Origin: a virus
DNA length: 64,000 nt
Strand: one strand, 5' to 3'
IMG/VR virus record: IMGVR_UViG_3300013102_000002
Location: 1 to 64,000 of that record
The notes below the pieces were generated by a model, which saw only the letters and a program-made list of their open reading frames with translations, searched no databases and was not told where the DNA came from. The stretch's first letter is position 1; every line of letters starts with the position of its first letter. Position numbers and translations under genes: made by a program. This document shows positions 28,179-39,542 of this stretch, piece after piece.

Positions 28179-31100
28179 TTATCTTCTTTGACTTGTAATA
28201 AGATGTTCCAATCCAGTAAGAAATTCAGTTGGGTTGTCTGCCTTGACTGTAATTGGGCCAGTGAATGTATAACTAGGTCCACCAGCAACTGCAGGAGTGG
28301 ATTTATTAAATGTAATTCCAGACATTGCTCCAGTAAGATTACTCATAACAGAACCGACAATATCTCTAGAACGAGAGAACATGTTTTTGAGAATATCTTG
28401 ATGATTTTTTGTTAAAACAAGTTCACCATCTTCAAGAATGGCAGGAACCTCATTTGATTTAAGAGGTTCTTTTCCTGCTGTGCCTCCTGTGTGATAAACC
28501 CACTGAGTACCATCCCAATGCTTACCCTTAACTGCTTCCTGCAATTGCTCCATTATTGGAGTAGAGATAACTTTATCTTGTTCTGCTTGCATTTTGGCAA
28601 TTTCTTCTGGGGATAGAACATAATAGTTGGGGCTATTAGGGTCTACATAAGGATTCGAAGAAGATGAAGAAGGGGAAGATTGAGACATTGCGGCATTCGC
28701 AGCGTTAGCCATTTCAGCATATAACTGCTTTAGCTTCTCAAGTTTAGAGATGACTTGATTGATATAAGTATCCCAATTACTCAAAGATAAGCTTTGCCAA
28801 TTATTTACTACACCTTCAAGTAAAGTTGTAGCCTCAGAAGCAGTAATCGTACCATCCTCTAAACCTTGCTGAATTGCTGCTTGGAACTGATCAAGTTTAT
28901 TCTGAGTATCCGTAACAGTTTGATCATAGAGAGAGGAGAGAGAGGACTGATATAATTTCAGTGCTTCTAAATCGGCTTGATGAATTGCTTTAGTCTTCTC
29001 AAGATTAGCGTTAAGAATTTCAACTTCAGAATCCTTAGCTTTCTGTAGACGATCAATTTCATTCTGGATAGCAGATTTTACATCTTCACGTTCATACTGC
29101 TTAACGAGATCATCTTTCTGCTTCTCCAACTCATCAACTCTGGCTTTATCATAGGTGAGGATTAGTTCACCAGATTCAGTGACATACTCAAAGCGCTTAT
29201 CATTCTTAACCTTATTCAACTCGTCATTGATGTCCTGGAGTTCTTTTAAACGATCCTCTTTTTCAATCTGATCGTCTAAATTATCGAGAACAGTTTGTTG
29301 AGCTTCAATTTGAGAATCATAATACTTCTCACGAGTTTTGATGAGTTCAGACAATGCTGCTTCTTCTTTGGAATAGCGGAGTTCAGTATCACGAACAGTA
29401 TTGTTGACTTCATCAAGTTTAGTTTTGAGTGAGGAGATAAGAGCGACTTGGGAGTTAATTTGAGCAGAGAGAGAAGAAAGGTTGCTGAATGAGACGTTAT
29501 CCATGTCCTGATAAAAGTTGAGTGCAGATTTTACTTGAGTTGCAATATCTTTTACTTTAGAGGCATAATCGGATAAATCAGAACGAGTAGAAGAGGTAGT
29601 ATCTACAAAGGAAACATTTGTGAGATACTTTTTATCTGCCTCATCTAGAGTGGCGATAATGGAGTCGATGGAGTCAGAAAATTCAGATAGATCAAGAAGA
29701 GAGTCGGGACCAATTGAAGATTTTAGAGTGTCGAATAGGGAAGAGAGGGCTTTGGAGGAGAAGTCGATTGCCGCCCTAGTCGCTTCTCTGATTGCAAGCG
29801 ATGTATCATACCAAGTATCATTGTTAGCCTTTAATTGAGCATTTAGGGCTTCTAATTGCTCTGTGGTTAATTTGTCTGCTGTCTTCGCATTTTCACTCTG
29901 CTTAATTCTAGCCTTAATGGATTCAGTGTCCTTTTCAACTGCCGCCAACTTTTCCCTATATAAGTCAATCTGCTTTTTAAGTTCACTGCGATAGTCAGCA
30001 GAATCCTCATTGAGTAAACTTTGGACATCTTTAGAGTCATCAACTTTATCCTGAATCTTCTCATAAGACTTGCTCATCTTATCGAGCCATACATTGGTAT
30101 TCTCAAGTTTCTGATTATCCAATGTCTTTTGTGATTCTTTCTGTGCTGCTATGTTATCAGTTATGGCAGTCTTATTTTCTCTGATAGCTTTTGTATACAT
30201 CTGAAACTGATCAAACTGTTTTTGCAACGCTTCTTGTGCCGTTTTAGACTTCATGGAATTATATAGATTGGTAAATGAAGTGGTGGCTTCTCCATTAGCA
30301 TCTATCCATGAAATCATACTATATTGCTTTGCTTTGGCTTGAACTTCATCTCTGGCCGCAATTAGTTTTGTATTGGCTTGTTGAAGTTTTGTGGTCTCTA
30401 GTTTTTGTCCTTTAAGAAGATTAGTAGTTTGTTCAATAGCAGCAGGATAATTTTTATCTGACTCATACCCAGATGACTTTTCTTTATACAGGGCATTAAG
30501 TTTAGTTTGAGCATCTGCTTCGGCATTTATGGCGTTAATACGCTGTTCGGTGGCATCTTTAAACTCTGCTAAGTCTTTATCTTTTTCTGACTTGGTTTTG
30601 TCTTTTGATGTTTTTTCTTTATCCTTTGATGATCCAGTTTCAGCCGCAGTTGCACTATAGTCAGCCGAAATATAGTTTAATAAACCAAGTTTGGCTTGAA
30701 GGCCAGCCAATGTCTGTTTTTCGGCAGTCAACCCAATTGAATCACTTTTATCCTTAGCAATAGTTCCTAATCTTCGTTCAGCTTCGAGATCAGTCATTTC
30801 TCCACTATTTACTAAAGCTCCATAGGCATTTCTAAGTTTATCAATGGCTCTCATTTCGGCTTCCATTGTAGCAATTCTGTCTGTAGCATTTTGGATAAGA
30901 TTTTTTGTCTTTTCTATTTCAGAGTTAATAGAAGAAACTCGTTCTTGCTCCTTCTTTCTCATATAAGCTACAATAGCATCCTTGCCTAAACCAACAACAC
31001 TGGTAAAGTCACCAAAAGTCTCAGTTAATTTAGCTAAGGTCTCAACAGATAAATATCCCTTATCTGCCATTTCTCCTTGGGCAGTATTAATGAGGTCAAT

Positions 31101-34100
31101 TTCACTCTTACCATTGGCAACTGATTTGCTAAATGCATCCATTTGAGAGGTTGAGCCACCAACAACATCATCCAGAATGTCCATTGCTTCTGATAAAGTT
31201 AATATCTTATCTTCAGCGTCACTCAACGAATCGGCGGCACCATCAGCGCCATCATTAACTCCTTGGAAATTTAATTGGCTGATCGCTGTTTGAAGGATGT
31301 TAAATTGATCTTTTGTTAATTTTGCAGACCCAGCAAATCTTTCGAGTGATGCTACTGCGTCATCCATACTATTAACTTTTGTATTCTGGAAAATACTGAA
31401 AACTTCATTTTTATATTTTGCAAGTATATCCAAATCATCAGTTTTAGCGGTTGCCATAATAGAAGCGAATCCATCAGCTAAGACTCTTGTAGATGCCTTG
31501 ACCTCTGTACCACCAGCTTCAATGGTATCCGCATAAGCACTAAATTGAGCTTTAAACGCTTGTTCGCGCTTGCTTACTGCCTTGTCGAACTCGGTTCCAG
31601 CGGAATCAAACTTATCTTTTGCGTCAAGAATGGCCTGTGCTATTGATTCTGAAATAACATCCAACCCAGAAGTATCATAATCAGAAGGGTTGACTTCAAG
31701 TTGGTAGGGAGCAAAGTTACCAAGTTGACCCTTATCATTTTTAATTGTCTGTTTGTTTGCAATGCTACTTTCGAGTTGCTCTTGCATTTTAGATAAAGAA
31801 TCAATTTCGGCTTGTGCAGAATTCTTTTTTGCCTGTTGACTCTCAATCTCAGAATTAATTGCTGTTTTGTTGGCCTTGTACTCATCTAATGCCTTTTGTT
31901 GCTCAATTGCTGCCTCTTCTTTGAGCGCTTTAATTCTGTCTCCAATAGCAAGTGTATTTTCTTTTACCGCTACTGTCTGATCTTCAACTGTGCTCATGGT
32001 GATGCCATGCTTGGCTGCTAGATCAGATTCGACGCTTGCTAATCTTATTTTCTCTTCGGTGTTTAAAATCGTTTTTTTGGTTAGATTATCATATTCATTC
32101 GATAATTCTTGTAGCTCTTTTAGACTCCCGGTTTTATCTTTAAGTTTATCTAAGCTAGTTCCAGTATCGTCCATCACTTCAGAAGCATTAGAGAAATGAC
32201 CTATAACTTTTTCGAGTATAAACCCCAATCCAGCAAATGCAACCCCAACTAAACTACTGACAAGCAAAGCTCTAAGGCCAATTTTAACCGCTCCTAAGAC
32301 GACTGTCATTCTACTTAGTGCTCCAGATGCAGCAGAAGCAGAAGTGGTTATACCAAATAGATTAATAATAAATGCCTTAAACGAAGCATTTAAGAGATAT
32401 ACTCCAGAGGCAATTACACCAAAAATAACAGGAAGAGCACCAAATGTATCGACAGTTTTTGTTAGGGCGCTACCTAATCCTGTCATTAGCGAGGTAAGGA
32501 CTACAATTGAATCAGATATTAAAGCATTACCAACGGAGAGGGAGAGGGTGTCCCAGGCTGTCTTCATCTTTTGTATTCTGGCTTCCAAGGATTGCATGAA
32601 CTTGGTATTTTCGGATACGGCAGAACCTTGTGAGTGTAACGCGGTCTCTGTTGCATTTAAAGAAATCTGATAGTTCTGCATGAGGGCAAGAAACCTAGAT
32701 AATTGAAATCTCAAATCTGTTACTTTCAGAATTGAATATTCAATTCCTACTGACTGCATTTTAATCAATGCAGCGGAAATGGTTCTTCTTAAAAGTGTCT
32801 TTACACTTGACCATCTCTCTCTATATTACTATAGAGGTCAGACTGTAATTTTATCTCTAAATGTTTAGAGATAGCCAACGTTCAGTCGTTACGGTTCGAG
32901 TTCTATTCAAATAGAACAATTACCTCGGTATTGTCCCTGTATAATAAAACAAGCTATATAGATTAAAGGTATCCCATTTGGACGATCAATCATATATTTG
33001 GCTGGTTTACAGTAGGAGTTTCACCGATATGGTTGGCAGTTCACTAATTAATCGCTTAATTAGGGGGCAGATTTTTTACCCGCGAGACTGACAGCAGTTG
33101 ACTGCTGTTGTTCCTTGGAAAGACTAGACCAGCGAGAGGCCAAATCTACCAGTATGTCAGATACATCTCGTGTTTCTCCGCTTAAATCCCTCATCTGAAC
33201 TCCAACCCCAGCAAGCACAGACTCGGAATCTTTCATGGTGGTTAAACGTGAATATATTGTTTTCAGTGAGTTCGATCTGTTATTTTCATTATGCTTATAA
33301 ACATAATTACTGACCGTAATCAGAACATTACGGCAAGAACGATTCTTCGATCGTTCCTCTCTATGTCTCCATAGAGTGCAGACTATCGCTTTATCCGGTC
33401 TGGATATCTCTACACTTAGTCGTTCACGGTGTATTTAAACTTCCGCCCTGTCTTCCTGTTTATAAGGAGTTCCAAGTCAATCAGTAGAGATTTTTCACTA
33501 ATATGTTCCCATACTAGGCGGCAACTATTTTACCGACCACTGAACCACTTTCACGTGTTGCTGTAGTAATGGCTGTCGTATTCCCGATTAACTCTTCCAT
33601 TGTTACGCCAAAAGCCTTAGCTGAAGCGCCTGCCTTTGTGATACTTAAAGCAATGTTTTGAGAGGAAATAGCAAAGTTATTATCACATTCTGTTACTTTC
33701 AGATTCTTCTTTTTGAGAATCTTACTGACTATATTCATTTTAAAATATAGCGGAGAAAACTCTTCGGATTTCTCTCTTTATGTCTCCATAAAGTTCAGAC
33801 TATCGCTTCATCCTATGTAGTAAATAGGAGCCTTTTCACTTAGTCGTTCACGCTGCTCTCGCTTGCGCCCTGTTGCCGTCACCATAGTGTGTTACGGTCT
33901 CCAAGTCAATCAGAAAAGGTTTTTCACTATACATTACTGTATAAGGAGGCAGAAATTTTTTACCTCGTTGATTTTATTTGCAACTTCAATGCTCTTACTA
34001 GCTTCCACATTAAACACCGTCATAGCAGACGTTAAAGTGTCTACGGCTTCAGCAGGAGTCAAATCTGATATATTCTGAAACAATGTTGCAGTTTTTGCTA

Positions 34101-35637
34101 GTTCAATTGTTTGACTTTCATCAAATCCCATCCGGGCAAAACCAATGGCGTTCTCATTTACTTCTTTAATACTTCGACCCAATTCATTCGCTAATTCAAT
34201 GCTTTTCTCTAACATGCTATCAAAATCTGTATCGTTATCCATTACGCGCTTTAATTGCGTAATTTGGCTATCCACATCGATGATTGTTCTTGTCATTTCT
34301 TTTAGTGCGCTAGTTATCCCAAAGAATACACTTCCTACTCCAGAATAGAGTAAGATATTTGACATTGCAGATTTTAAACTATCTCCAAACGTACGAGTGT
34401 GACCAGAAGTTGCTCTTGCTTCGTCTCCAATCTGTCTAATTTCGGCAACGAGTTGAGCGGCTTTAGCCTTATAATTATCAGTCGAAGTAGTTAGATTTTT
34501 TAATTGCGTCAATAGCAAATTTAGCTTTGTGGTGTCAATTTTAGAATAAGCACTGCTTAAACTTGCCACTTTCTGCTCGGCCTTGGTTTGAATCGATATT
34601 AATTCTTGTTCTGCTTTCATTTGTCTAGAGGCAAGGTCGTTTAGGGCTTTAATTCTGCGGTTAATACCATTCAGTTCACTATCTGTAAGTTGCCGACCAG
34701 ATGCTTGAATCATTGCAATTCTTTGTGCAACTTCATCATATTTACGATTAAGCAAATCTAATGCTTTTGTATTTTCAACACCAGTAACAGCAGTCGTTTT
34801 ACTCGTTGCTAATTTACTGTTTAAGTTGGTATATGTTTTAGCATCCTGAATTTCACGTTCGCGAATAGCTTTTAAATACCAATCCTCATATGCCTTTCTT
34901 GTTTGTTGGGTGCGAGAAATCTCAGCCCGTTCTAAGTCAGCATTATTCTGAATCGCTCTCTGTTGGCTCTCATTCCATTGACGCTCAAAATCCCTAGTCT
35001 TAGATTCGGCGGTAATTCTTCCTTGAGCCATTTGTTCAGCCAATGCCAATTCTGTTTTAGAATTTTTTGTAATTTCATTTAATTGATTTTGATTCCAGTG
35101 TCGCTGGAAGTCACGAACTCTTGATTCAGAAGCAATTCTACCTTCAGCCATTTTATTGATTAAAGACTGAAGTTCTTTTGCGTCTTTTATTTGATTCTGT
35201 ATATTGTCTATATTCTTAATGGAGCCATCGGGAAGAGTGGTTACTACCTGTTTTGCGTTTGTTTCTGTGCTTCCATATGTAGTTGTTTTAATTCCTTTAC
35301 TATTTGTTTTCTCGCGTTCAATCTGCCACTTTTTTTCAGCAGCAATAGCTTCGTTTGTTACCTTAATTTGTTCGTTAATACTTTTTGTAGTAGTATTTAA
35401 CCCATTATTAAGAGTATTGTTGGCTGAACTCTGCTGATTAATTTGTGACGTAATTAAATTAAGATTCTTAGAGAACGAGGAGAGGTTCTTAATAAAATCA
35501 TCGTTAATAGTTATATTTAACTTTAGCTTTTGAAGAGACGGATGCTTGCTCAGTTGTTCAATCGACTTATTGATATCTTTTTCTGCGCGGCTTAAATCGA
35601 GTGCAGCACTTATCAAAATCTTCATGTTATCAGCCAT
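28179..35637 (-). CDS. Tail tape measure protein, 2185 aa, spliced: join(33962..35637, 33532..33685, 33078..33272, 28179..32711)
   Basis: Removing three introns fuses four exons in frame and rebuilds INEV|DNNFAIS, RESGSVVG|NSLKTIYSR, SLAG|RFQLSRFLALM; C-terminal YHTGG..EVPAILEDGE. Confidence 0.92.
32712..33077 (-). ncRNA. Group I intron 3 of TMP gene (366 nt, no ORF)
   Basis: Exon ends in U, intron ends in G; P1 GCCC/GGGU; P10 AAAUCU/AGAUUU; P3 GCCAAC/GUUGGC; P7 GACUG/CAGUC. Confidence 0.9.
33273..33531 (-). ncRNA. Group I intron 2 of TMP gene (259 nt, no ORF)
   Basis: P1 GCCG/CGGU; P10 AGUU/AACU; P3 UCUCUAC/GUAGAGA; R CGUGAACGACUAAGUG; S GCGAUAGUCUG; terminal G. Confidence 0.92.
33686..33961 (-). 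ncRNA. Group I intron 1 of TMP gene (276 nt, no ORF)
   Basis: P1 GCCUC/GAGGU; P3 CCUUUUC/GAAAAGG; R CGUGAACGACUAAGUG; S GCGAUAGUCUG; terminal G. Confidence 0.92.
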
Positions 35638-35677
35638 TATATTCAAATCACTTCCTTTTACTTACTTTTGGGCAAAC

Positions 35678-35709
35678 AAAAAAGAAGCGATTCAAACGAA
35701 TGCTTCTTT
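35678..35709 (-). terminator. Terminator-like hairpin ending the accessory island upstream of TMP
   Basis: AAGAAGCATTC...GAATCGCTTCTT plus T-run on minus strand. Confidence 0.65.
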
Positions 35710-35718
35710 AATACCTTT

Positions 35719-36960
35719 TTATATAATTTGCTTGAAAATTTCATCTAATGTTTTATTTTCTAAATCTCCAGGAAAGATAAAAATGCAATTGTCAATGTAT
35801 CCCCATGAACTAAGATTTGATATTTTTTTCTTTGCTTTTTTTATATATTTATAAATGAATGGATTATTCAATTGTTGAGAACTCCAAAGACCAAAATACT
35901 CAATATAATATTCTCTGCCGTTATAACTAACTACCCAATCAAGTCTTCTTCTGGTTTGATCTTTATCGAAATAGTCACGGTAGAGAGGATGACTGATATA
36001 TTGTATGCCTTTTGAAATAAACCAGTTCGAGATAATCATTTCAGGTATAGAATCACATCTATTTCCTTCAGAATCGACGATCAGATTATCATAGTAGTCA
36101 TCTTCTGAATAATTTGGTCCAAGTCTCTTTTTGAGGTGATATTCTCTTAAATATTTTCTTTCACATTCCTCACAATAACGATGAATATTTTCAACATCGT
36201 TAAAATTTGTACGAAACTTGGATGTCTCAAGCCAATCTTTACAGGATGAACAATATGCGGCTCCCTGGATAAGTAACTCATTTTTCAATCTTATTGTAAC
36301 TTTCCCGTTTTTTCTACTTTTCATTTCTACATTAAGATCCCAACATTCTTTGCATCTTGTTCTAAACCCATTCCTATCTCTATAGAAGAATTGATCGTTC
36401 TCTGGTAATATTTTATTGCAATCTTTACAAATTCTCTTTTCTCCTTCTAATTTAAACTTATGAAGATGATTATATCTTTTGATTTTAAGTGTTTTTGTGG
36501 CGTATGCTCTAATGGTTGAATATTTTCTATGACTTAGTTTCTCAGCAATTTCATCTTCTGGAGTGAATGCGAAATTTTCTTTTAAATAATCAATTTCCCA
36601 CCGTTCCCATTTTTGTTTCTTTGATGCTCTGTGTAATCCAAGTTCATTTCTTTTATATCTAATCGAGTCAATTGTTTTATTTAATTCTTTTGATAGTTGT
36701 TCATCGTCATATTTTTCCCAGTTGACTTGCAGACAAATCAACTCTTCTTCTGCCCACATGGTATTGTTTGGTGTTGCGCCCATAAGAATGACGATTTCAT
36801 TCCATTTTTTGTTGTTATAGAATTTAGTATATTGATATGAAGATATAAAACCATCGGTTGCTTTTAGAGAGTTTTTACCTGGAACCCTACCATATTCGCT
36901 ATAATATCTCCAAAAATTATCATATAAAGTTTTGTAGTCCAATTTAATTACACCTCGCAA
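35719..36960 (-). CDS. Free-standing homing-endonuclease-like protein (W..EE helical repeats, CxxC fingers, C-terminal PD-(D/E)xK-like nuclease)
   Basis: WAEEE/WERWE repeats; CKDC..CKEC, CSSC..CEEC; CDSIPEMIISNWF...RLDW...IEYFG. Confidence 0.65.
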   Translation of the reverse strand: MRGVIKLDYKTLYDNFWRYYSEYGRVPGKNSLKATDGFISSYQYTKFYNNKKWNEIVILMGATPNNTMWAEEELICLQVNWEKYDDEQLSKELNKTIDSIRYKRNELGLHRASKKQKWERWEIDYLKENFAFTPEDEIAEKLSHRKYSTIRAYATKTLKIKRYNHLHKFKLEGEKRICKDCNKILPENDQFFYRDRNGFRTRCKECWDLNVEMKSRKNGKVTIRLKNELLIQGAAYCSSCKDWLETSKFRTNFNDVENIHRYCEECERKYLREYHLKKRLGPNYSEDDYYDNLIVDSEGNRCDSIPEMIISNWFISKGIQYISHPLYRDYFDKDQTRRRLDWVVSYNGREYYIEYFGLWSSQQLNNPFIYKYIKKAKKKISNLSSWGYIDNCIFIFPGDLENKTLDEIFKQII

Positions 36961-37328
36961 GTATTCTTGAATCTATTTATCTCAATTAGTAGATCACAAG
37001 GATGCATTGAACTTTTCTGAATAAAAGAAAAGCATTCCTTATCATCCCATCCAACAACGGTCTCATATTCATATGTATCCGACAAACCCATCTTTTCCAA
37101 CATATCTAAAATCATGTTTTTGAAATCATACTCGGGCAGGCTTTCGCCCATCTTAGAAGTAGTGTATAATTTGAATGTTAGAGTATCTTCTCCACGTTTG
37201 ATGTTTGATTTTGCAACTTGGGAACTGTTTGCAACTGTATGCCAAGTGCGGCCAAATCCATCTCTAACATAATAAACATTGCTTTGCTCGAAAAGAGGGG
37301 TTATTAATTGAACCTTTGTTTTCATGAT
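36948..37328 (-). CDS. Hypothetical protein
   Basis: AGGAG RBS; TTTACA-17-TATAAT promoter; start approximate. Confidence 0.7.
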   Translation of the reverse strand: MMKTKVQLITPLFEQSNVYYVRDGFGRTWHTVANSSQVAKSNIKRGEDTLTFKLYTTSKMGESLPEYDFKNMILDMLEKMGLSDTYEYETVVGWDDKECFSFIQKSSMHPCDLLIEINRFKNTCEV

Positions 37329-37363
37329 CATCATCTCCTGAAATATAATATCATCTAAGGTAA

Positions 37364-37465
37364 TTATATTACGCTAGGAGTAATTTGTAAAGTGTTTATT
37401 TAGAATTTTGTTTGCAATAGATTTGGTTTGAGTATATAATAGATTTACATATATTTATTAATTAA
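37364..37465. promoter_or_regulatory. Divergent sigmaA promoters with a 16-bp box in the HTH gene leader
   Basis: Minus: TTTACA-17-TATAAT; plus: TTGCAA-17-TATAAT; box TATATTTATTAATTAA at 37450-37465. Confidence 0.7.
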
Positions 37466-37478
37466 TGGAGGCGAGCAA

Positions 37479-37685
37479 ATGGTTAAAATAAATGTGGCTG
37501 AAATGCTTGGAAAACATAAAATGACAAGAAAACAACTGTCTGAAATTACGGGAATCAGAGAAGCAACAGTTGGTTTGCTTTATAATGAAACAATCAAAAG
37601 AATAGAAGTGGAATGGATAGATCAGTTGTGCAAAGCCTTTGATTGTTCTGTTTCTGACCTTATCGAATATATTCCAGATAAATAA
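37479..37685 (+). CDS. Xre/Cro-like HTH regulator (HTH_26/YozG-like)
   Basis: MTRKQLSEITGIREATVGLLY...LCKAFDCSVSDLIEY. Confidence 0.9.
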   Translation: MVKINVAEMLGKHKMTRKQLSEITGIREATVGLLYNETIKRIEVEWIDQLCKAFDCSVSDLIEYIPDK

Positions 37686-37736
37686 AAACATACAAAAAGA
37701 CACCTTCTGTTAAGAAGATGTGCTTTTTAATATTAT

Positions 37737-38315
37737 TTATTCTTGGATTGCAGTTACAATCCCATTATCAAGATATACATACTTTTCATCACCATAAACC
37801 CATTGTTCAGAAATATTATCCCCTGTGGTTGTTTTATTGATGTCGTTAGGTAATCCCCAACTTGAAGTTTTAAGTTGTTCTTTGGTCTCCCCAATAACGG
37901 GTGGTTTATCCCTATATTTTTCAACATCTGATTTTTCTTTTTGAGCTTTATAAGATTCTTTTTCTTCATTGATTAATTCAGTGAATCGATCTTTATATTG
38001 AGATGGGATATCGTGTGTATTTGAATAAACCATATAATCATCTTCATCGTGAATTGATTCTAATGCAGATGCATAATGATAAATTGCATTTAGTTCATCA
38101 TTAGAATCCTTATATTCTTCGGTTTTCGTAATTAGAGAACTGTAGTCTTTATCCTTAATTAGCGAGTCTAATTCTGTTCTCATTTCATTACTAATTTCGA
38201 TGTTGTTTTGATTATCTGTATTGACGGAACTAACAGCATTATTTGAACTACACCCACCCAAAATCACCATAGCCAAAACCACACAAATTCCCATGGCAAC
38301 TATCTTTCTTCCCAT
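37737..38315 (-). CDS. Lipoprotein (possible superinfection exclusion)
   Basis: Lipobox ILGG-C; C-terminal G.TKEQL..SWG.P...EQWVY...YLDNG.VTAIQ; start approximate. Confidence 0.75.
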   Translation of the reverse strand: MGRKIVAMGICVVLAMVILGGCSSNNAVSSVNTDNQNNIEISNEMRTELDSLIKDKDYSSLITKTEEYKDSNDELNAIYHYASALESIHDEDDYMVYSNTHDIPSQYKDRFTELINEEKESYKAQKEKSDVEKYRDKPPVIGETKEQLKTSSWGLPNDINKTTTGDNISEQWVYGDEKYVYLDNGIVTAIQE

Positions 38316-38612
38316 TTTCAATCTCATTCCCAACATACAAAAACACCCCCAAATTTATCCACTCATACTTAAAAGTATAAGCGATATGTATCGGAGATGC
38401 CATAATTTTCAATCATGTATGAAACAATATGTTGGAGATATTATTTGGTTTAATTCTACCTTAATTATATTATAACCTAAATAATTAATTTGTAAACATA
38501 TATTTATTAATTAAACTCCAATTACACGATTAATTATTTAAGTCACAACACAATTATCCCAAGAGAGTAGAGGACCATAATAAAAAGCCACTCATTCGAG
38601 TGACTTAAATGC

Positions 38613-39119
38613 TCATGCGTCCAATTCATTTTCAACATTGTATCCGAGTTCAACCAGTCTCTTTTCAACCTGCTCTTCTACAAGGTTCTGAATAGTCTCT
38701 TTCAAACTTAATGTTTCAATCAGTTGCAAATCAACCTTGAACATATCTATGGGAGTAAGTTCACCCTTTTTATCTTCGAGTCGATTGCGCGTAACAGACT
38801 GAACCTGATTTGTCATGACAAACGAATCTTTGCTGAGTTGACCAATGTATTCTTTCTTTTTTAAGATCACATCAGTCATAATTGTCTTTTTTCTTATCCC
38901 TTTTTTATTAAACAATGATGTAATAGGAAGTACGACTACGGTATTCCGTGGAAATTCGCTGTCAAATAGAACGATAGCTCTATGTGTCCCACTGATAACG
39001 CATGAATCGCGTTTTATCTTTTTCTTTTCTCCACCAAAATCAACATTAAAAATCTCGCCTCTTTTGAATGACCGTTGATTACTGAATACGGTTTCTGATG
39101 CTACAATTTTATTAACCAA
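38613..39119 (-). CDS. PemK/MazF-family endoribonuclease toxin
   Basis: KRGEIFNVDF, G.HRAIVL, TVVVLPITS, SFVMTNQVQSV...RL. Confidence 0.8.
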   Translation of the reverse strand: MVNKIVASETVFSNQRSFKRGEIFNVDFGGEKKKIKRDSCVISGTHRAIVLFDSEFPRNTVVVLPITSLFNKKGIRKKTIMTDVILKKKEYIGQLSKDSFVMTNQVQSVTRNRLEDKKGELTPIDMFKVDLQLIETLSLKETIQNLVEEQVEKRLVELGYNVENELDA

Positions 39120-39143
39120 GAAAAATCTTCTCCCTTGACAAAA

Positions 39144-39344
39144 TTAGCCCTCTAGAAGCTTTTCTTGATGTTGTTTAAACTTAAGCCGATTGTTCTCCTT
39201 CGGATCACCAGTAATAACTTTGTAATAGTCAATACCAGTATCTCTTTGGAGTTCGCTCAGTGCTTGTTTGAAAAGAGACTTTTTCTTCTGCTTGTCTGCT
39301 ACGGCTTGGTTTGAAACTGTTCGCAATTGCACGACATTACTCAT
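39144..39344 (-). CDS. Small protein upstream of toxin; putative atypical antitoxin
   Basis: Bicistronic with MazF-like gene behind a TG-TATAAT promoter. Confidence 0.55.
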   Translation of the reverse strand: MSNVVQLRTVSNQAVADKQKKKSLFKQALSELQRDTGIDYYKVITGDPKENNRLKFKQHQEKLLEG

Positions 39345-39542
39345 CAAACATCACATCTCCTAAGTTATTTGGCTAATTTTATTATAACACAAATCAAGAG
39401 AGAATTAACATATAGTATTCCCGATATGACCAAATAATTACATAATGAATTTTTTTCTAAATAATTTGCAAAACTGCCAACACCTATAAGCAGATGTTGA
39501 CTATTTCGAGAATTATTCAATTTTTATAAATTTAATGATTCA

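Noticed and set aside
28900-29800. Purine-rich (GA) plus-strand tracts inside TMP as a repeat element
   Set aside because: Explained by Ser/Leu-rich coding (TCT/CTC codons) on the minus strand; no discrete repeat unit
28179-35646. TMP as a pseudogene or as separate genes (570, 74 and 1529 aa ORFs)
   Set aside because: The interruptions have complete group I intron cores and their removal restores the frame; the ORF-track N-termini MIKMQSV... and MNIVSK... are intron sequence
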